Position numbers and translations under genes: made by a program. The notes beneath the pieces were generated by a model. The model was given only the letters and a program-made list of their open reading frames with translations, did not search any database and was not told the origin of the DNA. Positions 7,668-17,959 of a stretch of 64,000 nt of DNA are shown here, piece by piece; the stretch's first letter is position 1; the number at the start of each line of letters is the position of its first letter. The DNA is from a virus, in the IMG/VR virus record IMGVR_UViG_3300027985_000661, positions 1-64,000 of that record. The stretch is one strand, 5' to 3'.

Positions 7668-8012
7668 ATGGTAAGTAAAAAAGTAAAGAACTTCGAGGAT
7701 TTAGAAAATATAATCCTTAGAAACGGCGTCATTTTAGTAAAAGCCGTAAATAAAAAACCTAAATCTAATATTGTCCTAACCAATGACTTAGGGTCCCCAA
7801 TAGAAGAGACAAACAGTGCTGTTTTTGACTATGCAATAATCGTTAATGCAAACGGATCTTCTAAATATAAAAATGGAGATATAGTAGTAGTCGCTAACTT
7901 TAGTACATTAGATGCTATAGCTATGAAGAATGCTGAAGATACTACTTATATTGTATTGCCAGAATATAATATTAGTTTGGCCGTTAAACCTGAAAATTTT
8001 AATTTTAATTAA
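7668..8012 (+). CDS. GroES-like co-chaperonin (divergent)
   Basis: ILVK...SNIVL...AIIV...KNGDIVV...YIVLPEYNI resembles the Cpn10 pattern; 114 aa. Confidence 0.5.
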   Translation: MVSKKVKNFEDLENIILRNGVILVKAVNKKPKSNIVLTNDLGSPIEETNSAVFDYAIIVNANGSSKYKNGDIVVVANFSTLDAIAMKNAEDTTYIVLPEYNISLAVKPENFNFN

Positions 8013-8019
8013 TAACCAA

Positions 8020-8463
8020 ATGAATTACTTTGTAAAAAAAGATCTTCCTTACTTAAACCTTACTAAAGGAGAGGAATTAGTTTATGACGAATCTTGCGAC
8101 GGCTATACTTTTAGTATAAAAGAGGAACATGTTGGGGAGTATGGCACTACAACTTCTTCACATGAGGTATTTGTAACAGAGGAATACCTTAAAAAATTTC
8201 CGGAACATTTTGAATCGGAATTTGTTGAAAGTGAGGTCTCCCCTAGTTTATATATAAATGACGCATACAATTCAAATATGAAATCTGAAAAGGATATAGA
8301 AGATAGAATAGAGTATCTAACTACTTTAATGGGTAATTTAGAGGCAGAGTTAGACTGTCCCATGCCCGACGAAGATAAAGTTATAGATTTAATTGACTTA
8401 ATCGAAAATATAAGAACAAAAGTAAATTTATTAAACTGGGTATTAAACGAAGATAAAGAATAG
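8020..8463 (+). CDS. Hypothetical protein with coiled-coil C-terminus
   Basis: Track ORF 7930..8463; the ATG at 8020 (MNYFVKKDLP) is the likelier start. Confidence 0.7.
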   Translation: MNYFVKKDLPYLNLTKGEELVYDESCDGYTFSIKEEHVGEYGTTTSSHEVFVTEEYLKKFPEHFESEFVESEVSPSLYINDAYNSNMKSEKDIEDRIEYLTTLMGNLEAELDCPMPDEDKVIDLIDLIENIRTKVNLLNWVLNEDKE

Positions 8464-8471
8464 TTAGTATT

Positions 8472-8855
8472 ATGGAAAATAAAGAATTAGAACAAAAAGT
8501 AGAAGAGGTAGTAAGCGTAGATCAGGATGTTGTAGAGGATACAGTGGTTGAAGAAGGGCCGGGTATTGTATTATTTGATTACGCTGATTTTAAATTAAAA
8601 TGTAATTGCGGGCATGTACAAACAATGCGTGAAAATGTACAAGGTGGGTTAGCCTTACAGTTATACTGTACAGATTATCATTCCTTAACCTTAGCCTGTG
8701 AAAAATGCGGAAATACCCTCACTGCTTTCTTTGAAGAAGCTTCTAATCCTCCCGTACAAACTATAGAAGAAATTATGGAGGACGTAGAAACATTAGACCA
8801 ATTAGGAAATGAAAACTCAGTACAAGAATCAGTTCAGGAAGAAGATAAAGCCTAA
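8472..8855 (+). CDS. Acidic Zn-ribbon protein
   Basis: LKCNCGH...LACEKCGN. Confidence 0.7.
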   Translation: MENKELEQKVEEVVSVDQDVVEDTVVEEGPGIVLFDYADFKLKCNCGHVQTMRENVQGGLALQLYCTDYHSLTLACEKCGNTLTAFFEEASNPPVQTIEEIMEDVETLDQLGNENSVQESVQEEDKA

Positions 8856-9192
8856 GAATAAGTACAGGGAGTTTGTTAAAATAATGAATGGGTTACTTCA
8901 GCTTTCTGAAAGGGAAGCTGAGGTACTTGCGTTACTAATGCAAGTAGACAACGATTGGAGCCCTGTTCTACAAAATGATATTAAAAACATCCTTAGTACA
9001 GATTCTAGAAGGGCAATAATGCAAGAAACGTATATTAACAAGAATAACCTTAGTAAGTATATTAAACTTCTTAAGGAAAAGGGTCTTGTATACGAGACTG
9101 CATTTGGAGGATACGAGGTATCCCCTTCTATTATGCCGGTAGAGAAAAATAATTTTATTGAAGTATTATTCACATTAGAAATAGGAGAATGA
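8809..9192 (+). CDS. Winged-HTH DNA-binding protein (RepL-like, conserved in crAss-like phages)
   Basis: LSEREAEVLALL...INKNNLSKYIKLLKEKGLV fits a wHTH pattern; position upstream of the terminase. Confidence 0.65.
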   Translation: MKTQYKNQFRKKIKPKNKYREFVKIMNGLLQLSEREAEVLALLMQVDNDWSPVLQNDIKNILSTDSRRAIMQETYINKNNLSKYIKLLKEKGLVYETAFGGYEVSPSIMPVEKNNFIEVLFTLEIGE

Positions 9193-9392
9193 GTTTAATT
9201 GAAAAATTAATGTATAAGTTTGGGTATATTAAAATATCTGGGCATCTTCGACTTATAAAAGACGCAGAAAAAGAGGCTTTTTATGCAGGGTTGCAAAGTG
9301 CAAACGAAGTAGCAACGTCTAAAGATTCTGAGAGCGCGCCTTCCCCTAAAAAGAAACCCAATAAACGGAAACCTACTATAAAGACTAAATAA
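9189..9392 (+). CDS. Hypothetical protein with basic tail
   Basis: 67-aa coupled ORF. Confidence 0.6.
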   Translation: MSLIEKLMYKFGYIKISGHLRLIKDAEKEAFYAGLQSANEVATSKDSESAPSPKKKPNKRKPTIKTK

Positions 9393-9613
9393 TGAGAATT
9401 ACAGAATTTAAACCTGGGTACTCTTATTTAATCCAAAATAATGATAGCTGTATCAACTCCAGTATTGAAGAAAAAAAGTTTTTAAAAGAATCTAAAAATT
9501 GTATTTGTTTTGAAGTAGAAGAAGATGGCAAGCTAGTTAAAGAATGGTATATAAAAGAATATTTCATTAATGAATATACTATAATAGAGGAACTTAAAAA
9601 TGAAGAAAAATGA
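9392..9613 (+). CDS. Hypothetical protein
   Basis: 73-aa coupled ORF. Confidence 0.6.
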   Translation: MRITEFKPGYSYLIQNNDSCINSSIEEKKFLKESKNCICFEVEEDGKLVKEWYIKEYFINEYTIIEELKNEEK

Positions 9614-9806
9614 TCTTATAAAAGAGATCTCTATAATGACAGGAGTAGATCAGCGAGTAGTTAGGCTAGTTGCGGACTACCCCTTAAAGTTTTCTAGGGA
9701 CCGTATGTCAGACCCAGACGACTGGAGAGCCATAATGATTAGATATTTTTGTAAGTTTGTACCCAAAAATAAAATATTAAAACAGTTAAAAGAAGATGGA
9801 AAGTAA
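9600..9806 (+). CDS. IHF/HU-like DNA-binding protein
   Basis: MKKNDLIKEIS...IMIRYFCKF resembles the HU N-terminal helices and the I.I..FG.F strand. Confidence 0.6.
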   Translation: MKKNDLIKEISIMTGVDQRVVRLVADYPLKFSRDRMSDPDDWRAIMIRYFCKFVPKNKILKQLKEDGK

Positions 9807-10221
9807 TAAATACTACACTCCTGATATTGAAGAATTCTATGTCGGATTTGAATATGAATCCCTACAAGACGAAAGGTATCCAGAGAAAGACTCTTCTTGG
9901 GGGAAGCAAAGTATAGATGATGAATGGGAGATGAGGGCTTTTATAGGGTATTATTGCGGAGACCATTTAGCAGGCCTTAGAGTAAAATACTTAGACAAAG
10001 AAGATATTGAAAGTTTAGGGTTTGAAAGGCAAGTAGCACATAGTGTGTATTTTAAAAAAGATGGATATAGATTAGTTCATTGGGTTACTAAGACAAAAAT
10101 AAATAGAGAAGTAGATATATATAAAGTATTTGATAAAGATGACGAACAGCTTATATTTAGAGGTATTGTTAAAAATAAATCAGAACTAAAGAAATTATTA
10201 GATCAATTAGGTGTTATATAA
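9796..10221 (+). CDS. Hypothetical phage protein (KYYTPDIEEFYVGFEYE type)
   Basis: 141-aa coupled ORF. Confidence 0.7.
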   Translation: MESNKYYTPDIEEFYVGFEYESLQDERYPEKDSSWGKQSIDDEWEMRAFIGYYCGDHLAGLRVKYLDKEDIESLGFERQVAHSVYFKKDGYRLVHWVTKTKINREVDIYKVFDKDDEQLIFRGIVKNKSELKKLLDQLGVI

Positions 10222-10238
10222 CAATGATATCTAATCAC

Positions 10239-10299
10239 GTAACAATCGTAGTATACAAACGTATTTATAAGTAACTTTACTTTACTTTACCTACGTTTA
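10239..10299 (+). promoter_or_regulatory. Two tandem ECF-sigma-like promoters in front of the packaging/structural operon
   Basis: GTAAC-N16-CGTATT at 10239 and GTAAC-N18-CGTTTA at 10271. Confidence 0.6.
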
Positions 10300-10310
10300 A
10301 GTTAGGAATA

Positions 10311-10370
10311 GGGCCTGTATTTAAGGGGGTAGCACTGAATAACCGCACCACTTATTATACAGGCTTTTTT
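10311..10370 (+). promoter_or_regulatory. Leader stem-loop with T-run (attenuator- or terminator-like)
   Basis: GGCCTGTAT...ATACAGGCT followed by TTTTT, between the promoters and the 10384 start. Confidence 0.5.
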
Positions 10371-10383
10371 AATATAATAAAAT

Positions 10384-10902
10384 ATGAAGAGACTTTTTGA
10401 TATAGTTAAAGGTAAAGTTGTACTTAACCCTGCTACATTATGGATACCCGAATTTAAAATTTTATGGGACCGTGACACTACAGAAGAAAAAATAACAGCT
10501 TTATCTGAAATAACTTATATTGTTTTTCTTTGCGACTACAGATCTCCTTATAGAGACATGAGGGAAGATTTAAAAGAAAAGACAGTGCGAAAAGACATGT
10601 CGGTAGATTCTAAATGGAAACCCGATAAAGAAGTAATAAAAGCAAAAGAAAAATATATACTACTACAAGATACAGCTAATACCAGATTACTACAGGCCGC
10701 TAAAGTAGCAGCAGATAAATTGACTGACTATTTTACTACTGTGGATCCCTCAGATGCTAATAATATAGTTAGGAACTTGAAGGAATTAGGGTCTGTAGTT
10801 AAATCTTTAGACACTCTACAAAAACAAGTAGAGAAAGAGCAATTAGATAGAGAATCTGCTAAAGGTAGTAGGGATATAGGGCATTATGAAAAACCACGAT
10901 AA
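10384..10902 (+). CDS. Conserved crAss-like protein, putative terminase small subunit
   Basis: Directly upstream of TerL, helical, 172 aa. The call is positional. Confidence 0.55.
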   Translation: MKRLFDIVKGKVVLNPATLWIPEFKILWDRDTTEEKITALSEITYIVFLCDYRSPYRDMREDLKEKTVRKDMSVDSKWKPDKEVIKAKEKYILLQDTANTRLLQAAKVAADKLTDYFTTVDPSDANNIVRNLKELGSVVKSLDTLQKQVEKEQLDRESAKGSRDIGHYEKPR

Positions 10903-10905
10903 TAT

Positions 10906-12978
10906 ATGATGGCGAAAGATTTTGAAATGCTTAAGATTACGAATAACAAGAATAAATTTCGTAAACCTGCACTTCATTTTGAAAAACACGATTGCTATAC
11001 ATTTTCCCCACCCGGGACTAGTGAATACTATGAATATTGGGATAAAGAATTAGAGTATTGCAGGTATGGGTATACCGCAGAAGATGGGGATAGGATAACC
11101 GGATACAATTATTTCTACTTGAATTATTCTAGAATTATGCTAGTAAAGGATGTCAAAGTAGAATTACCAGACGGCTCTTTTAGAGTAAAGGCAGAAAGGA
11201 TAGAAGATTTCCCAAGGTTCTACGATTATGATAGGGCCTACTTTGATGCTATAGAAAAAGCAGAATTAGAAGAAAAGCATCTTGCAGTATTAAAGGCAAG
11301 GGGTAAGGGGTACTCATTTAAAAGTGCAAGTATGTTAGCACGTAATTATATGTGTATTCCTAATAGTGTATCCTATGCTATCGCGGCAGAAGCAGAGTAC
11401 CTAACAAAAGACGGCCTCTTGACCAAAGCATTTAACATGATTGAATGGTTAAATGATAATACAGCTTGGTATAAAACATCCGATAAGAAAGACACCGCTA
11501 TGCATAAACGTGCATCCTATGTGTATAAAAATGAACAAGGTGTATGGGTAGAAGATGGGTATAAATCAGAGATTATAGGTGTTACACTTAAAAATGATTA
11601 TCAAAAAGCTAGGGGTAAAAGGGGGAAGTTAATCTTATTTGAAGAGGCAGGTAAGTTCCCTAATCTTAAAGCAGCTTGGCAGATTGCAAGGCCTTCAGTA
11701 GAGGAAGACGGAAAGGCTTTCGGTCTTATGGTAGCATTTGGAACAGGGGGTACAGAAGGTGGAGACTTTGAAGGTCTAAAAGACCTGTTCTATGAAACAA
11801 AGGCTTATAACTGTTTAGGGTTTGAGAATGTTTGGGACGAAGGGATGCAAGGAACTAAATGTGGATTTTTTATTCCGCAGTCCTCTAATATGACTGAGAT
11901 ACCTAAAGAGTTCAGAAGTGAATTTCCAGAAGGAACTAAGACGATGGACGAAGATGGGAATACTAACTTTGAAGTATGCGAAAAAGTAATCCTACTCCAA
12001 CGTCAACATGTAATAGATAATGCATCTGATAGGAGAGCGGTAGATCGACATATAGCGGAGCAACCTTTAAATCCAAGTGAGGCGTGTTTAGATATAAGTA
12101 CTAATATATTTCCCAAAATGGACTTACAGCGTCATTTAGCTTATATCCGAAACAATGAAAAAATAAAAAATTATAAACAAGTAGGCGATCTATATTATGA
12201 TGACCTTGGGGCATTAAAGTGGCTACAGGAAGATCCTAAAAAAGCAAAAGATCTTACAAAGTACAGGCTTAATAAGGGTGACGATCCGGAAGGTCAAGTT
12301 GTTATATGGGAGCATCCTCCAAAAGAAATACCATTTGGTTTGTATATTGCAGGCTGTGACCCCTATGATCATGATAAGTCTGGGACTAATTCTTTAGGTT
12401 CTATATTTATATATAAACGTATTAACGGACTAGAAGAATATAATGATCTTCCAGTGGCGGAATATACCGGGAGACCAGATACAGCTAATGAATTTTACGA
12501 GACTGTAAGGAAATTACTGCAATACTATAACGCCTCCCTACTATATGAAAATGAAAAGAAAGGTTTATTCTTTTATTTTGAAAAGCATAATATTACACAT
12601 ATGCTTGCAGATCAACCTAATGATCTGATAGGGGATATTGTAAAAGAGACAAGTGTACAACGTAAGAAGGGTATACATATGAACCAGCATATAAAAGACT
12701 GGGGAGAGGGGGCAATAAGAGATTGGTTAATAGAAGAATATGCCCCTGGTAAAAAGAACTTAACCAAAATACTATCTGAACCATTAATAGAGGAATTGAT
12801 AGCCTATAACGATGAGGGTAACTTTGACCGCGTGATGAGTTTTATGATGGTAATGTTATATAGACAACAACTTCACAAAGTACATGTGAAAAATAAAAAT
12901 AAACTGAGTAGACGTACTCAACTGTTTCCAAATGGGTTATTTAACTCTGAGAAAGATTCAGTATATTTTAATATTTAA
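10906..12978 (+). CDS. terL: Terminase large subunit
   Basis: Walker A-like KARGKGYS, Walker B LILFEEAG, nuclease motifs IAGCDPYD and GNFDRV. Confidence 0.95.
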   Translation: MMAKDFEMLKITNNKNKFRKPALHFEKHDCYTFSPPGTSEYYEYWDKELEYCRYGYTAEDGDRITGYNYFYLNYSRIMLVKDVKVELPDGSFRVKAERIEDFPRFYDYDRAYFDAIEKAELEEKHLAVLKARGKGYSFKSASMLARNYMCIPNSVSYAIAAEAEYLTKDGLLTKAFNMIEWLNDNTAWYKTSDKKDTAMHKRASYVYKNEQGVWVEDGYKSEIIGVTLKNDYQKARGKRGKLILFEEAGKFPNLKAAWQIARPSVEEDGKAFGLMVAFGTGGTEGGDFEGLKDLFYETKAYNCLGFENVWDEGMQGTKCGFFIPQSSNMTEIPKEFRSEFPEGTKTMDEDGNTNFEVCEKVILLQRQHVIDNASDRRAVDRHIAEQPLNPSEACLDISTNIFPKMDLQRHLAYIRNNEKIKNYKQVGDLYYDDLGALKWLQEDPKKAKDLTKYRLNKGDDPEGQVVIWEHPPKEIPFGLYIAGCDPYDHDKSGTNSLGSIFIYKRINGLEEYNDLPVAEYTGRPDTANEFYETVRKLLQYYNASLLYENEKKGLFFYFEKHNITHMLADQPNDLIGDIVKETSVQRKKGIHMNQHIKDWGEGAIRDWLIEEYAPGKKNLTKILSEPLIEELIAYNDEGNFDRVMSFMMVMLYRQQLHKVHVKNKNKLSRRTQLFPNGLFNSEKDSVYFNI

Positions 12979-12989
12979 ACTAGTTTAAA

Positions 12990-15317
12990 ATGAGTCCAAA
13001 CACAAATCCTAGTGTAGTACCTCATCAAAAACTTTCGCTAAAAGAAAAGAATAAAGAGTGGAGAGAGGCCACTGTAAATTCTTATATAAGTAAATACTAC
13101 TTCGGTGGCAATAATCGTATACAGCGAAAAGAGGAGATGAAAATAGCTTACGATTTGTACAATGGGGTATTCAATGAAAAAGATCTTAAGTATGTTACAG
13201 ATCCTTATAAAGTTGAAGATTCGTTCCCTGCTGCATTGCAGAATATGAATGTTATAAAACCTAAAATTGATTTATTATTAGGAGAACAATCAGGGATGCC
13301 CGATAGTATGATAGTAGCACAAACAAATGAGGAAGCTACAACTAGACTACAAGAGAAGTATAACGAACTTCTAAAAAAGGCTACTATGGAATTAGTTTCG
13401 CAAGGCGGACCTAATGATCCAGTAACAGATAAGGATTTAGATTATTTAGAACAGATAGGTACTTATATGACGAGGGACTTTTCCGATACAGGGGAACAGC
13501 TTGCATATCATATACTTAACTATTTAAAAGAAAAAGAAAACATAAAAGAGAAATTCTTTAAAGGTTTTCAGGATTTACTAATTGCTAGTATGGCTGTTTT
13601 TTATAATGGACAGTCTAATGGCGAACCTATTTTTGAAAGGGTAAATCCCCTACAGTTCAGCTTCGATTATAGTCCTGAAGTTGAATATATAGAAGATGGA
13701 GAATGGGCGTGTAGAAGAATGCGGATGACTCCTTCAGCTATATATGATAGATTTTATGACCTAATGGACGAGCGTCAATTAGACGAATTGTTATCTCGTT
13801 TTAATAGCGGGTCTTCTGAAAGAGGGGCAAACAATGAATTCAAAGCTTTATACTGGAGAAACATTCCTACTACTGATTTTAACGATAGTGATAATTTTAC
13901 AAGCAATACTATAGATGTATGGCACGTAGTATGGAAATCATTTAAAAAAGTAGGCTTTATAACGTACACTGACGATGATGGCGAGGTGCAACAAGATGTT
14001 GTAGACGAAACTTATAAACCATCTGCTAATGAAGAGATTTATTGGGATTGGGTAACTGAAGTATGGGAAGGGTATAGAATAGGGCATGATTTATTTATAG
14101 GCATTCAGCCTATAGCAGAGCAGTCTATATCAATAGATAATCCGAATAGCAATAAGTTGCCATATAGCGGTATAGTTTATAATAACAATAATACTGCCCC
14201 TAAATCTTTAGTAGAGATAATGAAGCCGTTGCAGTATATGTATATTGTAGTATGGTATAGGTTAGAGACTGCATTAGCTAGAGATAAAGGTAAAGTATTA
14301 AATGTTGATATAACTCAAATACCGGTATCTATGGGAGTAGATACTAATAAATGGTTACATTATTTATCTTCTGCCGGTGTTAATTTTATAAATCCTTACG
14401 AAGATGGATGGGATATACCAGGTAGGGAAGGCGGCAAACCTTCTGCTTTTAATCAGTTTTCTTCTCAAGATTTGACAATGTCGAATGTTATCATTGAGTA
14501 TATAAACTTAATGAACAAGATAGAAGAAATGATAGGGGAATTATCAGGGGTATCTAGGCAACGGCAAGGTCAGGTGCAGACTAGCGAGTTAGTAGGCAAT
14601 GTTCAACAAACTATAATACAATCGTCGCATATTACTAAAGGGTTGTTTTTTGCATATAGTCAAGTTAAAAAGAGAGCACTTAATAATTTATTAAATAGTG
14701 CCAAGAACATTTATAAGAACTCTGGTAAAAAGAAGTTGCATTATTTTACCGACGACATGACTAGGGTTTTTATGGATATTACTGATGACTTTTTATTTTC
14801 TGATTTTGATATCTTTATTACAGATAGCACTAAAGAAAATCAAGATTTAGAAATGCTAAGACAGTTATACCAACCTGCTATGCAAAATGGAGCATCCCTA
14901 CTTGATATTGCAGAAATAGCTTCCTCTACTAATATGACGGATATTAAAACCAAATTAGATAGGATAGAAAAACAAAGAAAACAACAAGAAATGCAAATGG
15001 TAGAAGCTCAGCAGCAGGCACAAACTGAGGCAGCGGCTATACAATCGCAAATGCAACAAGCTCAAATGCAACTTGAATTGGAAAAACTACGAGTAGATGA
15101 GGCCGATTCTATTAGGAGGGCAGAGACTGCTATACAAGTTGCTTTAATAAATGCAAGTAAAACAAATGAAGTAAAAGATACTTCTGTCCCTGATCTGGAT
15201 ATTAAAAAGTTTGATGAGGAATCCAAACTTAAAAGAGATCAGTTAAATGAACAAATTAGACACAATAAAGCTACTGAGTCAATCAGTAAGATAAAATCAA
15301 ATTCTAGTACTAAGTAA
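12990..15317 (+). CDS. Portal protein
   Basis: 775 aa after TerL; N.IKPKIDLLLGE motif, GVSRQRQG, Gln-rich C-terminal coiled coil. Confidence 0.9.
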   Translation: MSPNTNPSVVPHQKLSLKEKNKEWREATVNSYISKYYFGGNNRIQRKEEMKIAYDLYNGVFNEKDLKYVTDPYKVEDSFPAALQNMNVIKPKIDLLLGEQSGMPDSMIVAQTNEEATTRLQEKYNELLKKATMELVSQGGPNDPVTDKDLDYLEQIGTYMTRDFSDTGEQLAYHILNYLKEKENIKEKFFKGFQDLLIASMAVFYNGQSNGEPIFERVNPLQFSFDYSPEVEYIEDGEWACRRMRMTPSAIYDRFYDLMDERQLDELLSRFNSGSSERGANNEFKALYWRNIPTTDFNDSDNFTSNTIDVWHVVWKSFKKVGFITYTDDDGEVQQDVVDETYKPSANEEIYWDWVTEVWEGYRIGHDLFIGIQPIAEQSISIDNPNSNKLPYSGIVYNNNNTAPKSLVEIMKPLQYMYIVVWYRLETALARDKGKVLNVDITQIPVSMGVDTNKWLHYLSSAGVNFINPYEDGWDIPGREGGKPSAFNQFSSQDLTMSNVIIEYINLMNKIEEMIGELSGVSRQRQGQVQTSELVGNVQQTIIQSSHITKGLFFAYSQVKKRALNNLLNSAKNIYKNSGKKKLHYFTDDMTRVFMDITDDFLFSDFDIFITDSTKENQDLEMLRQLYQPAMQNGASLLDIAEIASSTNMTDIKTKLDRIEKQRKQQEMQMVEAQQQAQTEAAAIQSQMQQAQMQLELEKLRVDEADSIRRAETAIQVALINASKTNEVKDTSVPDLDIKKFDEESKLKRDQLNEQIRHNKATESISKIKSNSSTK

Positions 15318-15319
15318 CT

Positions 15320-16450
15320 ATGAAAAAAGAAGAAGCAATATTAGATTTAGGAGGGTTTTCCGCCGCATTTGGGGCCTTATCTAATGAAGGAGAATCCGGT
15401 AGTAATACGCCTGTAAACGAATTACCTATTGTAGATCCTAGTGAAATAACAGAAACCGAAGAAGAGGAAGAAGAGGAAGACCTGCAAGAAGATGAAGTTG
15501 AAGAAGTAGAAGAAGAGGAAGAGGAAGAGGAAGAAATTCTAGATCCGGACAAATCTTCTACTAAAGAAGAGGAAGTTGATGTAATAGAAGGATTTGGGGA
15601 TTATGAACCCGAATTAGCTTCTGTAGTACAAGAAAAACTTTTTGAATCTTTCGGATGGGAAATTGAAGAAGGAGAGCAATTTAATTCTATTGATGATATC
15701 TCTAAATTCATACAAAAAACTATAGATGATAATTCTATACCTGTGTATGCCAGCGAAGAGGTCAAGGCCATGGATGAGTATGTAAGAAATGGGGGAGAGT
15801 TATCTAAGTATTTCGATAGTGTACATAAAGGAGTACAGGTAGATAATTTCGATATAGATAATGTCAAGGATCAAAAAGAAGTTGTAAAAGAAAATCTTAA
15901 GCTAAAAGGTTATACAGAAGAAAGGATAACACGAGCCCTAGAACGGTACGAAGATGCTGGAACTTTAAAAGAAGAAGCCGAAGATGCTTTAGATTTAGTT
16001 ATAGAATATAAAAATAAAATTTCAGAAAGGCTATTAGAAGAGCAAAGAAATGAGCAAGCTGCTATACGCGAGCGCCAACAAAAATATCTAGAGGACGTAG
16101 AAAATGAAATAGAAGGACTATCTGATATACGAGGTATTGCCATATCCAAAGCTGAAAAGAAGCAACTTATGGATTACATGTTTAAGCCTACTTCAAATGG
16201 AAGATCGCAATACCAAAATGATTATGAGAAAAGTCAAAAGAATCTTATTGAGTCGGCTTATTTTACTATGAAGGGGGATAAGTTGGTTCAGAAAGTCACG
16301 AAGAAAGCAAATTCTGAAGCTGCGCAAAAACTTAGGGATAAACTTGCAAGTAAAGGCAAACGAGGAAAAGATCAAGGTGATGGTAATAGCGGCGGTTCGT
16401 ACTTAAGCTTTTTAGAAGCTGCAAATAGACAGCTTAAAAAACCCTTCTAA
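15320..16450 (+). CDS. Acidic helical protein between portal and MCP (putative scaffold)
   Basis: Poly-Glu N-terminal region, helical body, position typical of crAss-like genomes. Confidence 0.7.
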   Translation: MKKEEAILDLGGFSAAFGALSNEGESGSNTPVNELPIVDPSEITETEEEEEEEDLQEDEVEEVEEEEEEEEEILDPDKSSTKEEEVDVIEGFGDYEPELASVVQEKLFESFGWEIEEGEQFNSIDDISKFIQKTIDDNSIPVYASEEVKAMDEYVRNGGELSKYFDSVHKGVQVDNFDIDNVKDQKEVVKENLKLKGYTEERITRALERYEDAGTLKEEAEDALDLVIEYKNKISERLLEEQRNEQAAIRERQQKYLEDVENEIEGLSDIRGIAISKAEKKQLMDYMFKPTSNGRSQYQNDYEKSQKNLIESAYFTMKGDKLVQKVTKKANSEAAQKLRDKLASKGKRGKDQGDGNSGGSYLSFLEAANRQLKKPF

Positions 16451-16483
16451 AATTAATATAAAGTTAAATTAAATTAATATATA

Positions 16484-17950
16484 ATGCAAAATAACGTTTT
16501 AAACGGCCTGCAATTATATCGTACTAAATGGTTTTCAGACTTAGTAGATGAGAATATGTTGTCTAATGCTCTTATGACTAGGCCTCATGAAGTATCTACA
16601 GTGCTTTCGTACATCTTTGGTACTTTCGAAAACAACAGTGTTATTGATTTCCTTACTTCTGGTATGGGTAAAACAATGACAGTGGCTAACCGCCAGTACG
16701 AATGGCCAGTTATGATTCAACATGACAAAGCTATCGAGATTTATGACGCTAAATGGAACGGAGCTTCTATTACAGCTACAGATACTCCTGGTATCAATAA
16801 CACTCCAGTTCAAATCTATGTAAAAGAAAAATGGTTTGGTCCGGGTGCTATATTAGCATTTGATACACGTGAGTTCCAAGCTCGTATAGCAGGGGAACCT
16901 TTCCAGGACGGGGATTACTTTGTTTATACTTTAGTAACAGCGGATGGTCAGGCAGGTTCTTATATTCCACCTTCATTATTAGAGGCTGGTAAAAAAGTAT
17001 CACGTGAAGGTTCTGCGTACGAAGAGTACAGTGAAGAAGCTGACATCGTAAACTACAATACTCCATTCAAGTTGAGAAACCACTTGACTACTATGCGTCT
17101 TTCTTATGATATTACAGGAGATGCTTATTCAAGTGTGATGGTAATCGCAATGAAAGATCCTAAATCAGGTAAACAATCTTATTTATGGTCAGATTACCAA
17201 GAGTGGGTAGCGTTACGTCAATGGTATGAAACAATCGACCGTTTCTTAGTATACTCTCAGTATAATGCTAATCAAGATGGTACTACTTCTGTAAAAGGAA
17301 CTAATGGCCGTCCAGTATATATTGGGGCAGGTTTACTTCAACAAATCGCTTCTTCTAACCGTGAGTACTATACTAAACTTACTACTGATTTATTAGAAGA
17401 TTACTTATTTAACTTATCTTACAACCTTTTAGGTCGTGGGGAACGTAAATTCGTAGCTTTTACAGGTGAGATGGGTATGAAAGAGTTTGATCGCGTTTTA
17501 CGTGAGAAGGCCTCTGGTTACCAATTAGTAGATACTAAATTTATTTCTGGTTCTGGTCAAGAGCTTACTTTAGGTGGCCAATTCACTACTTATAAGATGC
17601 TTAATGGTATAGAGTTGACATTGAGACACATGCCTCTATATGATAACCCAGTGTATAACCGTAATTTACACCCTGTATCTGGTAAACCTTTAGAGTCTTA
17701 CAGAATGACATTCTTAGATTTTGGAATGCGTGATGGGGAATCTAATATTCAAAAGGTAGTTCGTAAAGACCGTGAAATGTCAATGTGGCATATCGCAGGT
17801 TCTGTAGCACCAGGCGTAGGACACGCTAAATCTATCTCTACTCTTAGAGCTAATGCTAAAGATGGTTACTCGGTTAATTTCTTAACAGAGCAAGGAGTTA
17901 TGATGAAAGATCCTACAACTAGTGGTGAATTAATCATGGAAGTAGAATAA
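16484..17950 (+). CDS. Major capsid protein (crAss-like)
   Basis: 488 aa with a high-expression codon bias (cgt, ggt, atc). The N-terminus LQLY..KWFSDLVDENM resembles Crassvirales MCPs. Followed by a terminator. Confidence 0.9.
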   Translation: MQNNVLNGLQLYRTKWFSDLVDENMLSNALMTRPHEVSTVLSYIFGTFENNSVIDFLTSGMGKTMTVANRQYEWPVMIQHDKAIEIYDAKWNGASITATDTPGINNTPVQIYVKEKWFGPGAILAFDTREFQARIAGEPFQDGDYFVYTLVTADGQAGSYIPPSLLEAGKKVSREGSAYEEYSEEADIVNYNTPFKLRNHLTTMRLSYDITGDAYSSVMVIAMKDPKSGKQSYLWSDYQEWVALRQWYETIDRFLVYSQYNANQDGTTSVKGTNGRPVYIGAGLLQQIASSNREYYTKLTTDLLEDYLFNLSYNLLGRGERKFVAFTGEMGMKEFDRVLREKASGYQLVDTKFISGSGQELTLGGQFTTYKMLNGIELTLRHMPLYDNPVYNRNLHPVSGKPLESYRMTFLDFGMRDGESNIQKVVRKDREMSMWHIAGSVAPGVGHAKSISTLRANAKDGYSVNFLTEQGVMMKDPTTSGELIMEVE

Positions 17951-17959
17951 TAAGGCTTT

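Noticed and set aside
10906-12978. Intein or intron in TerL
   Set aside because: The protein has normal length and continuous motifs, with no intein-like termini.
15455-15540. GAA/GAG-rich tract as a regulatory repeat, and the antisense poly-Ser ORF 15310..15552
   Set aside because: It simply encodes the poly-Glu stretch of the scaffold-like protein.
16484-17950. Family-level assignment (the MCP N-terminus recalls gamma/delta-group crassviruses)
   Set aside because: This rests on recollection only and needs an MCP/TerL phylogeny.
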